DNA of 64,000 nucleotides from Alphaproteobacteria bacterium (GTDB lineage Bacteria; Pseudomonadota; Alphaproteobacteria; Rs-D84), in assembly GCA_009784815.1 (NCBI GenBank), contig WQXN01000002.1, positions 3,586-67,585 on the forward strand. Direction: 5' to 3'. Position numbers and translations under genes: made by a program. The notes beneath the pieces are model-generated. The model saw only the letters and a program-made list of their open reading frames with translations. It was not told the origin of the DNA and made no database searches. Positions 19,805-31,092 of this stretch are shown here, piece after piece. Within the stretch, counting starts at the first letter, position 1. Every line of letters starts with the position of its first letter.

Positions 19805-20410
19805 TTATTTCGTTGCATCTTGATTTGCTGTTAATCTTTTATACAGTCTGCAGTCGGGCAGCAATGACGCGGGTTCTTCAATCCACAGCTTTTGAAAATC
19901 GGGACAGTTTCTGTGCGTCATGATCTTGATCGTCTGCACAAGTTTATCAGCGGGAATCCGGGAAAGATCGGTGCCTGCGAATATATCGATCAATGCCGAG
20001 GCTCGTTTGCAGAACAAGCTGTCATTCCGGCCCTCGGTCGGAATTACAAGAACGTTGTTCACCATTTTGATGCGGGTCTGTTTGACTAAGGCTTTGTTTT
20101 CTTTGTGTGCCGTTATCGTCGCCGCGCGTATATGAGAGTGCGCGTTGGCGAACAAGCAAAGTCCGCTGCCGGTGTTTGATAATATGACGCCCAAAGTGTC
20201 GTCGAATTCTCCGACGTGCTTTGCGATTATGTCTCCGACGTGTTTGGCTTGGAAGTTTGCGATATTGTATTTTTGCGAATAGCTGTGGTGCGCGCCGATA
20301 TTATAAATCTCGTTAAAAACATAAGGATTTACCCAATCCATTAACCTGTCCGCGACGTGCGCGCTGCAATTAGTGGCGGCAATGTAAATGGTCGGTAGTC
20401 TGACTTTCAT
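19805..20410 (-). CDS. hypothetical protein (201 aa), cytoplasmic
   Basis: ORF downstream of minus-oriented poly-G cassette; no confident family assignment. Confidence 0.5.
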   Translation of the reverse strand: MKVRLPTIYIAATNCSAHVADRLMDWVNPYVFNEIYNIGAHHSYSQKYNIANFQAKHVGDIIAKHVGEFDDTLGVILSNTGSGLCLFANAHSHIRAATITAHKENKALVKQTRIKMVNNVLVIPTEGRNDSLFCKRASALIDIFAGTDLSRIPADKLVQTIKIMTHRNCPDFQKLWIEEPASLLPDCRLYKRLTANQDATK

Positions 20411-20437
20411 TTGATAGGCCTTTTGTCTTATATGCCT

Positions 20438-20467
20438 ATACTACCCCCCCCCATTAAGTTTTGTCAA
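20438..20467 (-). promoter_or_regulatory. Promoter cassette (minus) TTGACA-aaacttaat-G9-TAGTAT (spacer 18 nt). Its -35 overlaps the TGA stop of the upstream methyltransferase gene.
   Basis: C9 at 20444-20452, TGTCAA at 20462-20467, ATACTA at 20438-20443. Confidence 0.5.
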
Positions 20468-21078
20468 CTAATTTTTAAAATTATTTTACTTGGCTCTTTC
20501 GTTCCAAGCCGCCCTGAAATCACGACCCGTTCCGCTGAATTTTTATTCGAATATATCGGCGTCAATGTCACTCCGCCGATCGCGTCGGGTAGGCTACGGA
20601 TCACCTCGGTCATCACCGCCGGATCGACTATCATGTAAATTCGCCCGCGCGGTTTAAGTCGCCGGGCGCAAGCAGCCGTCCAAGCCGCCAAATCCGCCCC
20701 GTGATGTTCGCGCGAACCGCTGCCCTTAAAGAACGGAGGATTCGACACGACGATATCGAACTGCCGGTCCGTCTTCCATTTCGTTATGTCCGCTTTGATC
20801 AACTCGATTTTACGGCCGTTCAACTCGGCGTTTTTCGCGCACAGATCCAAGGATTCTTGCGATATGTCCAGTCCGATCGCGGCAAGTTTAGGAAACCGCG
20901 TCATCAGCGGCAGTATGACTCCGCCCGTGCCGACTCCCGCGTCCAGAACGGTCTTGGCAGATTTCGCATCCACCGCGTCCGCCAGCAGCAGAGCGTCCTG
21001 CGTAGCCTTGTACCCGGCGTCGATCATCATGACCCTGCCGTTGTATATTGTATAAGTTTTTGCTTGGCTTTCTTTCAT
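20464..21078 (-). CDS. N6-adenine-specific RNA methyltransferase (TrmN6/YfiC-like)
   Basis: SAM motif VLDAGVGTGGV and catalytic VVSNPPFF (NPPF) motif. Confidence 0.7.
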   Translation of the reverse strand: MKESQAKTYTIYNGRVMMIDAGYKATQDALLLADAVDAKSAKTVLDAGVGTGGVILPLMTRFPKLAAIGLDISQESLDLCAKNAELNGRKIELIKADITKWKTDRQFDIVVSNPPFFKGSGSREHHGADLAAWTAACARRLKPRGRIYMIVDPAVMTEVIRSLPDAIGGVTLTPIYSNKNSAERVVISGRLGTKEPSKIILKIS

Positions 21079-21121
21079 GGCCCTTATATAATAGGCCGGT
21101 AATTACAAAAAGGCAAATGCA

Positions 21122-22174
21122 ATGTTTTTCCCCGAAGCCCAAAATGTTCTTGGCACCGCGACAAGCACCTTCAACAACGCGGCCTTGGCTTCGCCTTGGT
21201 TTGTCCAGCTGGCTTTGATTGGAATTCCTTTGTTCGCCATCGCGTGGTTCACATACGCCGAGGTTATGTCGCGCATCGCTCCCGACGTAAAAAAGCGCCC
21301 CCTTGCGATCCGCGCTTGGGTGTTTTTCGGCCTGGCGTTGTGGGCGGCCTTCGGTATGGGCAACTTCGCCGTAGCGCGTGAACTTTCGACGCTGGTCGAA
21401 TTCATAGTGCCGGCAATATTGTTCTTCGCGTCGGCCTTCGCCGCGAATGCGGCTGTTAAACTAGGGGCGGTGCCGCAAACCGGCCTGTCCAAATTGACGC
21501 GCGTAGCGTTGGTGGCCGCATTGATCGTGGCGGTCGGATTTTTCGGAGCAAGAAATTTCTATGGGGCGTTCCTTCCAATATCTGCATTGATAGCGGGCTT
21601 TCTAACTGGATTCTATTCAGCGCGTTACGCGGGCAAAACTTCCGCGCAGGCGGGATACCCTTTCGTCACGTCGTCGCTTTTGATGCTGACGGGCGCGGCT
21701 TGCATACTAATGCAGCCCGAGCTGTTCAGATTCGGCCAACTAGGCAATCTTGACCTGCTTCAACTGGCGGGCTTTGCGCTTGTGGCCGTCCTTGCGCCGC
21801 AGGTTGCGATTTTGTCCGTGATGGCGCGCGTCAAACGATCCAAGGGCTTCTTAAATCGCACGGCGCACGACCGTGTGATGTGGCTGCTAAGGCTCGGAGT
21901 ACTGCTCTGCATGGTCCTGTTTTTCATAACCGAAAGCATCGTGACATTCGGAATCCTTTCGTTGTCGGTTGTGCCTTTGGCGCTTGTCTCGGGCGGGCAC
22001 CAGCCCTACTCGGAAGCCAAAATAGTCATGGCGTTCGTGCTTGATTTATGGAGCGTACTGTTATTCGTATTCGGCCTGGTTGCGGGATCTTATGCTTTGG
22101 CTTTCCTTGCCATAATCCTGCTGCGTTGTTCCGCCAATAAAAGCGTCATGGCCCAAGCCAAGCGCCTGTTATAA
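21122..22174 (+). CDS. polytopic inner-membrane protein, hypothetical (about 10 TM)
   Basis: 350 aa, highly hydrophobic, no assignable family. Confidence 0.5.
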   Translation: MFFPEAQNVLGTATSTFNNAALASPWFVQLALIGIPLFAIAWFTYAEVMSRIAPDVKKRPLAIRAWVFFGLALWAAFGMGNFAVARELSTLVEFIVPAILFFASAFAANAAVKLGAVPQTGLSKLTRVALVAALIVAVGFFGARNFYGAFLPISALIAGFLTGFYSARYAGKTSAQAGYPFVTSSLLMLTGAACILMQPELFRFGQLGNLDLLQLAGFALVAVLAPQVAILSVMARVKRSKGFLNRTAHDRVMWLLRLGVLLCMVLFFITESIVTFGILSLSVVPLALVSGGHQPYSEAKIVMAFVLDLWSVLLFVFGLVAGSYALAFLAIILLRCSANKSVMAQAKRLL

Positions 22175-22246
22175 TCCGTTATTCTTTTTAATTTCAAAAT
22201 CCGTTCGGCATAGGTTATAATTTTGGGGCAAACCAAGGTAATTATA

Positions 22247-23056
22247 ATGATTCACAGCACCGCGATAATAAGCCCTAACGCCGTAATCGGCAAGGATGTC
22301 GAAATAGGACCGTACTGCATAGTCGGCGACAAAGTAAAGCTTGGCGATCGCGTAGTTCTAAAATCCAACGTGGTGGTCGAAGGTCCTTGCGAAATCGGCG
22401 AAGACACGATCGTATACCCATTCGCTGCGATAGGAATAAAAGGCCAGGACCTGAAATTTCAAACGGACGATTCCGTGACCGGAGTCAAAATCGGAAAAAA
22501 GAACCGCATTCGCGAATACGTCACTATCCACCAGGGAACTCCGGCCTCCAAAGGCACCGTGGTCGGTGACAACTGTCAGATCATGGTGAACGCGCACGTG
22601 GCGCACGACTGCGTGCTTGGAAACGGAATCATACTTTCGAACCTTGTGCAGCTGGCCGGCCACGTGGAAGTCGAAGATTTTGCGATAATATCCGGCATGG
22701 TCGCGGTGCACCAATTCTGCCGCATAGGAAAATATTCGATAGTGGGCGGAGTTTCCGGCGTAACGAACGACGTGCTTCCGTACAGCATTTCAGACGGCCG
22801 GCCCGCGGTGTATAAAACCATCAATCGCGTCGGCCTTACCCGCCACGGTGTCTCGACCGAAGATATGCACGCGATCTATTCGGTCTATCAGGCTCTGTTC
22901 GACAAGACCGAAGGCACCACTGCAGCCGATAGATTGAAGGAAGTTAAAAAGAAAGTTAAGAACAGTCCTTATGCCATGGACGCGCTGGATTTTATAGAAA
23001 ACCGGTCCAAGCGCGGGGCTTCCGATTCCTCGAAGCGCACTGCTCATGAAGGATAA
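22247..23056 (+). CDS. lpxA: UDP-N-acetylglucosamine O-acyltransferase
   Basis: Left-handed beta-helix hexapeptide repeats; conserved HxxAHD (NAHVAHDC) and HQF (AVHQFCRIG) motifs; start taken at MIHSTAII. Confidence 0.85.
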   Translation: MIHSTAIISPNAVIGKDVEIGPYCIVGDKVKLGDRVVLKSNVVVEGPCEIGEDTIVYPFAAIGIKGQDLKFQTDDSVTGVKIGKKNRIREYVTIHQGTPASKGTVVGDNCQIMVNAHVAHDCVLGNGIILSNLVQLAGHVEVEDFAIISGMVAVHQFCRIGKYSIVGGVSGVTNDVLPYSISDGRPAVYKTINRVGLTRHGVSTEDMHAIYSVYQALFDKTEGTTAADRLKEVKKKVKNSPYAMDALDFIENRSKRGASDSSKRTAHEG

Positions 23057-24224
23057 AAAAAATCCTAAACTTAAAATATTCATCATCTCGGGCGAGGCGT
23101 CCGGCGACGTCCTTGGCGCGAAAATAATACGCAGCTTTTTGCGCCGCAACCGTTTTTCGCGGCCGCATCATGTAGAATTCCGGGGCATCGGCGGCATGAA
23201 TATGAAGAATGCGGGCCTGAAAAAATCCCTGTTCCCGATAGAAGATTTATCAGTCATGGGATTCACGGCAGTCCTGATGCGGGCGCGGACGCTGCTGCGC
23301 CGAATCCGCGAAACGGTTGCGGCGATAAACGAATGGCGGCCGGACATAGTTTTGACCATAGACTCGCCCGGTTTTGCGAAAGCGGTCGCGTCAAGGTTGC
23401 ATGGATGTGAATCGCGTCCCAAGCTGTTCCATTTTGTCGCTCCTCAGGTCTGGGCTTGGAGGCCGGGCAGGGCGAAAAAATTCGCGAAACTGTTTGATAG
23501 GCTGTATTGCTTTTTTGATTTCGAAGTGCCGTATTTTACCAGGTACGGATTGCCGACTATTCCGGTCGGGCATCCGGTCGCGGACGGTGAAATAAAGGAA
23601 GCAATGCCTGGAATTTTCAGGAAAAGATACCATATCGCGCGCGGCCGTAAAATCGTCGCGATGATGCCCGGTTCGCGCATGAATGAAATCGAAAATCTTT
23701 TGCCGCTTATGAAATCTGTGGCCGATAAATGGAGCGGTCACCAAATAGTGATCCCTGGCGCGGACACGGTGCGGAAAAAAATCAAGGCTATGACGCATGA
23801 TTGGAAAAACAAGCCGCTTGTGATAATGCCAAAAGACAGGTATATACTTTTCCGCGACGCGAACGTGGCGGTCGCCGCAAGCGGAACGGTCACGGTCGAA
23901 CTTGCGATCCTGCATACGCCGGCGGTAGTGGTTTATAAAACGAATTTTCTGACCTACCTGTTGTACAAACTTTTGATCCGGGTGAAGTATATTTCACTTG
24001 TGAATATAATCTCGGGAAAAGAAATCTATCCCGAACTGCTTCAACATAAAGCCGCGCCGGATAATGTGTTCCGCGCGGCGGACGATCTTATTAAGCATAA
24101 AAAATCCCGTACCAAAATGGTCGAGCAGCTAAAGGCCGAAGATAAAATCTGGTCCCGCGGCGGCCATCCGGCTTCGGACTTGATCAAAAACGACATCCTA
24201 AAAACAATCCGTAATAAGAAATAA
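23046..24224 (+). CDS. lpxB: lipid-A-disaccharide synthase
   Basis: 392 aa; N-terminal IFIISGEASGDVLGA and GT-B fold pattern; overlaps lpxA by 11 nt. Confidence 0.85.
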   Translation: MKDKKNPKLKIFIISGEASGDVLGAKIIRSFLRRNRFSRPHHVEFRGIGGMNMKNAGLKKSLFPIEDLSVMGFTAVLMRARTLLRRIRETVAAINEWRPDIVLTIDSPGFAKAVASRLHGCESRPKLFHFVAPQVWAWRPGRAKKFAKLFDRLYCFFDFEVPYFTRYGLPTIPVGHPVADGEIKEAMPGIFRKRYHIARGRKIVAMMPGSRMNEIENLLPLMKSVADKWSGHQIVIPGADTVRKKIKAMTHDWKNKPLVIMPKDRYILFRDANVAVAASGTVTVELAILHTPAVVVYKTNFLTYLLYKLLIRVKYISLVNIISGKEIYPELLQHKAAPDNVFRAADDLIKHKKSRTKMVEQLKAEDKIWSRGGHPASDLIKNDILKTIRNKK

Positions 24225-24251
24225 CTCTCCCCTTGTGGAACATAAGTATTT

Positions 24252-24710
24252 TCACACCCCGGTCGAGCCATGCCCTCCATCTCCGCGGTCGGTCTTGTCG
24301 AACTCGTCGGCGGATTCTATCTCGGTGAATTCGGCCTGCCATACTGGTTCGATTACTACCTGTCCTACCCTCATTCCGCGTTCGATTTTAAAATCTTCGC
24401 CTGACATATTTATAACGGACATTGATACTTCTCCGACGTAACCGTTGTCGATTGTCCCGACTCCGGACATCAGGATTATTCCCTTGGCCCCTATGCCGCT
24501 TCGAGACCTTAACTGATAGCCGAATCCCGGTTCAAGCTGCATGCCGAAGCCAAGAGGAATTCTTATGCGTTCAAGAGGTTTCAGCACCACGTCCGCGTCT
24601 ACGCACGCGCGGGTATCGAATCCCGAATCTGTGTCATAAGCATATTTAAGCGGCCCCCATGACTTGTCGTAATTCGGCATATAAAGGATTTTTGCTTTGA
24701 CTTTATTCAT
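24252..24710 (-). CDS. dut: dUTP diphosphatase (dUTPase)
   Basis: 152 aa; motifs GFDTRA, RSRSGIG, GTIDNGYVGE and C-terminal DRGDGGHGSTG (motif 5). Confidence 0.75.
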   Translation of the reverse strand: MNKVKAKILYMPNYDKSWGPLKYAYDTDSGFDTRACVDADVVLKPLERIRIPLGFGMQLEPGFGYQLRSRSGIGAKGIILMSGVGTIDNGYVGEVSMSVINMSGEDFKIERGMRVGQVVIEPVWQAEFTEIESADEFDKTDRGDGGHGSTGV

Positions 24711-24713
24711 ATT

Positions 24714-26628
<1,915 letters not shown>

Positions 26629-26659
26629 TTAAATTCTCCTTGTTAAATATTACTGTATT

Positions 26660-26692
26660 AATATAATGCATAAAATGCCGTTTTCAAGGGGG
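26660..26692 (-). promoter_or_regulatory. sigma-32-type heat-shock promoter for groES-groEL
   Basis: Minus strand reads CCCCCTTGAAAA-N13-CATTATAT. No CIRCE inverted repeat seen. Confidence 0.4.
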
Positions 26693-26697
26693 AAATC

Positions 26698-27045
26698 ATG
26701 TTCGAAGCCAGCTATGATGATAACAATGTTTTTGCGAAAATTCTAAGGGGGCAGCTACCCTGCGACAAACTTGCCGAAAACGACCACGCGATCGCATTCA
26801 AGGATTTGCATCCAAAAGCTAGGTTTCATGCGCTTGTTATCCCGCGGGGCGAATACGTGAACATACATCATTTTATACGAAAAGCGACGGCGGACGAACA
26901 GGTTGGATTTTGGAATCTTGTCGCGGATATTGCGGAACTGGCCCGATCGGACGGCTTTAATACGTTAACTAACACCGGCGCCTCGCACGGACAGCAGGTC
27001 CCGCATTTTCATATCCACATTATGGCCCAAGTTAAGGATTCGTAA
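26698..27045 (+). CDS. HIT-family (histidine triad) nucleotide hydrolase
   Basis: VPHFHIHIM histidine-triad motif. Confidence 0.8.
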   Translation: MFEASYDDNNVFAKILRGQLPCDKLAENDHAIAFKDLHPKARFHALVIPRGEYVNIHHFIRKATADEQVGFWNLVADIAELARSDGFNTLTNTGASHGQQVPHFHIHIMAQVKDS

Positions 27046-28228
27046 GCCGCAGTTCGATGCGGCGGTTGCGCTGCAAGTCTTCAGGACGGTTGCCGATCGC
27101 GACCGGGTGCGTTTCGCCGAATCCGGTCGGAGCAAGCAAGCGTCGGTCTATCCCGTTCTTAACAAGCTCTTCCGTCACCGCGCGCGCTCGCAGCAGCGAC
27201 AGCTGAGTATTGTCGCGCAGCTCGCTGCCAGGACGCACCGGTATGTTGTCGGTATGCCCGTCGACGCGGATTATCCAGCTGACGTTGTTCGGTATCATGG
27301 TATAGATCTCTTTGATCACGTCGGCGATGTTTTTAAGCTGTCTTTTTCCCGAAGCGGATATTGCGTACGATCCTTGAGCGAACAATATGTCGCTGGGCAG
27401 GGTGAACCGGTCGTCGTCCATCTGTACCATTCCGGTGTCGCCCAATGATCGGCGCACCGCGGAAAAGAACATGGACTGATACTCGCGCATATCTCCGACC
27501 TCGGCCAGCTTGTCGGCCAACGCGCGGTTAAATCGCGTGGACAATTCGATGTACTGCACTTCGCGTTCTGCGGCGCGTTCCTCCGACACGGCAAGCGCGT
27601 TGGACAAGTTCGCGATTTCTCGCGTCAGCGTGCGAAGCTGTGCGGCGGTTACTTCCTTTGCAATCGTAGTGGCTTCGGTCTCGGTCCTAAGCGTCCCTTT
27701 CAGGTTTTCCAACTCGCTAAGCAACCGTCGCCGCTCGACATCGGATACCATCGCTTCGTCTTTAAGGCTTTGCAGCTCGGTATGCTGGCGTTCTAAATCC
27801 GCGTTTGCGGCTTGCATTCTCGCCATCTCGGCGGCCTGCTGCGACAACTCGCGCGTTTGCTGAAGTATAAGGCCTTCCTTGGCGCGCGCTTCTATTTCGG
27901 CGTCGGCGGCTTCAACTTCCATACGTGCGACGGCTTCGGCTATCAGGGCTTTTTGAAGCAGCAACTCGTTGGCTTCGTCTTCCAGCTGCGCGCGGTTCTG
28001 AACGAATCGTTCAAGTATGGAATCTTGGTTTACTATGCGTTCGGACAGCTCGCGGATTTTTTCATCTTTAGAGGCGTCAACACCGGGTCCTGATTCTTTC
28101 AGCAGGAATTTCGCGGACGAAGACATGACGACGAAAACGATAAGCAGGAATAACAATACTATGGTCAGGTTCGAGAACAGATCGACGAACCCGGGCCAAA
28201 TGTTAACCGGCTCGCGGTGCCTTAGCAT
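27032..28228 (-). CDS. MotB/OmpA-family protein with an unusually long central coiled coil (398 aa)
   Basis: N-terminal TM with MotB/TolR-like WPGFVDLFSNLTIVLLFLLIVF, ~230-aa heptad-rich segment, C-terminal OmpA-like peptidoglycan-binding domain (TDNIPV...NTQLSLLRARAV...NRRIEL). 26-nt overlap with upstream motA-like gene. Confidence 0.65.
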   Translation of the reverse strand: MLRHREPVNIWPGFVDLFSNLTIVLLFLLIVFVVMSSSAKFLLKESGPGVDASKDEKIRELSERIVNQDSILERFVQNRAQLEDEANELLLQKALIAEAVARMEVEAADAEIEARAKEGLILQQTRELSQQAAEMARMQAANADLERQHTELQSLKDEAMVSDVERRRLLSELENLKGTLRTETEATTIAKEVTAAQLRTLTREIANLSNALAVSEERAAEREVQYIELSTRFNRALADKLAEVGDMREYQSMFFSAVRRSLGDTGMVQMDDDRFTLPSDILFAQGSYAISASGKRQLKNIADVIKEIYTMIPNNVSWIIRVDGHTDNIPVRPGSELRDNTQLSLLRARAVTEELVKNGIDRRLLAPTGFGETHPVAIGNRPEDLQRNRRIELRLTNP

Positions 28229-29150
28229 TCTTTCTCTCTTCCTTTTTTATTTCTTTTATCGAACTTATCACTGCGCCCATTTTATTGATTGCCGAATTCA
28301 TCTGCTTGTCCCGCTCGCGGATATGTTTTGAAAGTTCTCGTACTGATTTGGTCATGGCGTCTGTGGATTTGGACAGCTCGAACGCGGCGGTCTGCACATA
28401 GGGCAGGACGGTTTCTTCTCCTGATTCCGGCTGGGATAGATAGCCGAAAAGTTTGGTATAGTTGGACAGGTTTTCTTCCAACTCGCGGAAGATCGCGTTC
28501 TGCGCCAAAGACGTTTGCAGTGCCAGGAACCCGACTACCAGCGATCCGGCCAAACCAAGAAATGACGAGCTGAAAGCAGTGCCCATTCCGACCAGCGGAG
28601 CGGTAAGCCCCTCGCGCATGGCTTCGGTCGCGGCGCCAAAGTCGCTTCCGAAATCCATTCCTCCGACTATGGCGCTGAACGATCCGATGGTGTGCAGCAG
28701 GCCCCAGAATGTCCCAAGCAATCCCATGAATATAAGTATGTTTGTTGTGTACCTGTTCTGCTCGCGTTGATCTTCAAAGCGTCCCAATATTATGTCCAAA
28801 AACGTGTTCAGCGTCTGCGACGATATGTAGGGCTTGTGCTGAACCCGGACGGACGTAAGCATCTTGGCGACGGGCCGAAGAACGAAAGGCGGAAGCTGCG
28901 GGATTTTCGCCCCGGGCCGCGCATAGAAGAAATTCTTCATCCATCTGTATTCCGGCACCAACCGAAACACGTCGAAAAAACACGATATTACGCCGAACGC
29001 GGCGACGCCCATGATTGCTCCGTTCAGCCAGATATTGGTCATGACTATGTCTAAAAAATCATTCCAGAACAGCATTATGGCGACCATGATCATGGCCGTG
29101 AACAAAACCATGCGGTTTAGAATTTTGTGAAACTGATTGCTCATTTCCAT
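28203..29150 (-). CDS. MotA/TolQ/ExbB-family proton-channel protein
   Basis: 315 aa; 4 TM; conserved MotA/ExbB C-terminal TM3-TM4 region (TAPLVGMGTAFSSSFLGLAGSLVVGF). Confidence 0.65.
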   Translation of the reverse strand: MEMSNQFHKILNRMVLFTAMIMVAIMLFWNDFLDIVMTNIWLNGAIMGVAAFGVISCFFDVFRLVPEYRWMKNFFYARPGAKIPQLPPFVLRPVAKMLTSVRVQHKPYISSQTLNTFLDIILGRFEDQREQNRYTTNILIFMGLLGTFWGLLHTIGSFSAIVGGMDFGSDFGAATEAMREGLTAPLVGMGTAFSSSFLGLAGSLVVGFLALQTSLAQNAIFRELEENLSNYTKLFGYLSQPESGEETVLPYVQTAAFELSKSTDAMTKSVRELSKHIRERDKQMNSAINKMGAVISSIKEIKKEERKNAKAPRAG

Positions 29151-29217
29151 TCCCCTTTAAGGAATCATAGCAGTTTGCGGCAAGGTGGATCAATCATAAA
29201 AAGCCTGAAATAATGCA

Positions 29218-29246
29218 TTGACAAAACATCTCGGGTGGGGGAGAAT
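29218..29246 (+). promoter_or_regulatory. Promoter cassette, locked variant: TTGACA-aaacatctc-GGGTGGGGG-GAGAAT (spacer 17 nt)
   Basis: Same -35/spacer start/-10 'GAATGC' as the 5630 copy, but the G tract is interrupted by T. Confidence 0.45.
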
Positions 29247-29270
29247 GCAGGGTGTAAAAAGGATTCAAAA

Positions 29271-29951
29271 ATGTCTGAGACTAAAACTCTTTACTTTGCT
29301 CCAAGCCCGTTCGCGGACAATTTTCCGATAGTGCGTGAAATCTGGAATGGTATGGAAAAAATGAATATCTCGAATCTTAAAATGGTTGGAATCCAGGCGC
29401 ATTCGAAAACCGAATACAGCATCATAAATTCACCCGATGATTTCAAACCGGTCCAAGGCATTCTTGATGTTCATATCGCGCCGATGCTTGCCCTTTGCTT
29501 GATAAATGACAATTGGCTGGCCGAATGCGAGGACGACAAGGGCGCGTATAAAGAGTGGAAGTTCGAGCCGTGGAAGAACCACGAAAGCGGAGTTTACTAT
29601 CCGCTTAAGGACGCGACGGAATTCGGTCTTGCCTTTGGCGGTTGCGGTCGTATGGGCGCGATGATGATCTATTCCTGGACCCGCTTCATGTCCGCATACG
29701 AACCGTCGCATACAATTCAAGTTACGCGTCAAAATTTTAATATCAACGGCCTGACCGCTGCCATAGCTCCAAGTTTTGATCCTGATATAAAACAAATAAT
29801 ACAATCCGCGCGCACTATGTTGACGACTGATTTTACAGGAGATGCTTTCGGTCTGGATGCAAATAAGGCGGATATAGGATTAACGATGGGCGGTCTTAAT
29901 CGGAACCATAGTCTTAAGTATTTTGGCATTGACCGCCTTCGCCAAATTTGA
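29271..29951 (+). CDS. hypothetical protein (start taken at MSETKTLYF; the six-frame ORF start at 29235 lies inside the promoter)
   Basis: AAAAAGGA RBS 7 nt before ATG 29271. Confidence 0.5.
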   Translation: MSETKTLYFAPSPFADNFPIVREIWNGMEKMNISNLKMVGIQAHSKTEYSIINSPDDFKPVQGILDVHIAPMLALCLINDNWLAECEDDKGAYKEWKFEPWKNHESGVYYPLKDATEFGLAFGGCGRMGAMMIYSWTRFMSAYEPSHTIQVTRQNFNINGLTAAIAPSFDPDIKQIIQSARTMLTTDFTGDAFGLDANKADIGLTMGGLNRNHSLKYFGIDRLRQI

Positions 29952-30005
29952 CTTGATTTTATTCCCAACAGTCGTAGAATTGGGCCATAACCAAAAGGAT
30001 TGTAA

Positions 30006-30224
30006 ATGAAGAAACTCGTTATAGTAATACCCGCTTTGCTTCTTGCCGGCTGCTTTGGCTATTCGAACACCTATACGGTGAACAAGGACGGCGTCAAGGA
30101 ATGCTCGTTCCACATATATAAAACAGGAAACGCTTTGATCGGATATTCTGAAGGCAGCTGGGCTGCTCCTGACCGCGCCGAGCAGGACTGCAAAGATTGG
30201 ATAGCCGGAAAGAAAACGTTCTAA
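30006..30224 (+). CDS. small lipoprotein
   Basis: MKKLVIVIPALLLAGC lipobox; 72 aa. Confidence 0.45.
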   Translation: MKKLVIVIPALLLAGCFGYSNTYTVNKDGVKECSFHIYKTGNALIGYSEGSWAAPDRAEQDCKDWIAGKKTF

Positions 30225-30604
30225 TTGATCTCTTTGATCATAAGAATCGCGTCGACGCCTTGGTAATAGCCGGGGCGTCTTGCTTTTTCGATAAAACCAA
30301 GTGATTTGTAAAGTTCCAAAGCTGCTTGATTCTCCACCGATACCTCAAGAAATATTTTTTTAATGTTTTTCAAATCCCTTTCCATAAGCGCGATGATAGT
30401 TTTCGCCAGTCCCTGCCTGCGATGATCCGGGTGAACGGCCAGCGTTAGTATCTCGGCTTCGTCAGCGGCGACGCGGTAAATTATAATCGCGTTTTCCGAA
30501 GCTATGACTTCGGCGCCGGAATTTTTAAGCTTTAATATTTCTTCCGCGCTCCAACCCTTGTCGCCGAATGCCAAGCGATGAAGTCCGGCCAGCTGTTCTA
30601 ACAT
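30221..30604 (-). CDS. rimI: ribosomal-protein-alanine N-acetyltransferase
   Basis: GNAT motifs (RRQGLAKTII), conserved tsaB-rimI adjacency. Confidence 0.7.
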   Translation of the reverse strand: MLEQLAGLHRLAFGDKGWSAEEILKLKNSGAEVIASENAIIIYRVAADEAEILTLAVHPDHRRQGLAKTIIALMERDLKNIKKIFLEVSVENQAALELYKSLGFIEKARRPGYYQGVDAILMIKEIN

Positions 30605-31092
30605 TTTTCTTCTGCATAATGAGGCTTGATGTACAAAGGAATTACTTGCTCGTTGGAATCTTTTTTCGCCGCCATAATCTCGAACGCCGCATCTATATCC
30701 AAATTGGGATTTATAATCATACCCTGTTTAGTCTCGGCGATCGAACGGGCTGGAAAATCTTTCGATTGAACGAACCAACCGTCCTTCTTATTATCAATCG
30801 CAATGACCGCGTCTGGATTTTTCCGCAAAGCGATTTCGAACCGGCTGATCGGAATTACGGGAACTCCGGCCGCGATGGCCGCGCCCTTGGCCCAAGCTAT
30901 GCCGATTCTAATTCCGGTGAAGCTGCCTGGTCCGACTACCGCTCCGATCGCCGAGATTTTTTTGAAATCTATTCCTAATTCGCTAACAAGTTTAGGAAGC
31001 ATGACTGCCTGATTATCCGCGCCTGCGCGCAGAAAGCGCCCGTCGTCGGTCGCAACGGTCGTGCCGTCGCAGCAATCGACGATCAGCATCAT
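30598..31092 (-). CDS. tsaB: tRNA threonylcarbamoyladenosine biosynthesis protein TsaB (YeaZ), short form
   Basis: GPGSFTGIRIGIAWAKG motif; 164 aa; overlaps lon stop. Confidence 0.75.
   Translation of the reverse strand: MMLIVDCCDGTTVATDDGRFLRAGADNQAVMLPKLVSELGIDFKKISAIGAVVGPGSFTGIRIGIAWAKGAAIAAGVPVIPISRFEIALRKNPDAVIAIDNKKDGWFVQSKDFPARSIAETKQGMIINPNLDIDAAFEIMAAKKDSNEQVIPLYIKPHYAEEKC

Noticed and set aside
27032-29150. Zorya-type (ZorAB) anti-phage system
   Set aside because: Considered because of the MotAB-like pair with a long coiled coil. But the coiled coil is on the MotB-like, not the MotA-like protein, and no ZorC/ZorD-like genes are adjacent. Kept only as an unclassified stator-like pair.
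29235-29270. Upstream start (MGENAGCKKDSK) of ORF 29235..29951
   Set aside because: It overlaps the -10 box of the cassette; the ATG at 29271 has an AAAAAGGA RBS.
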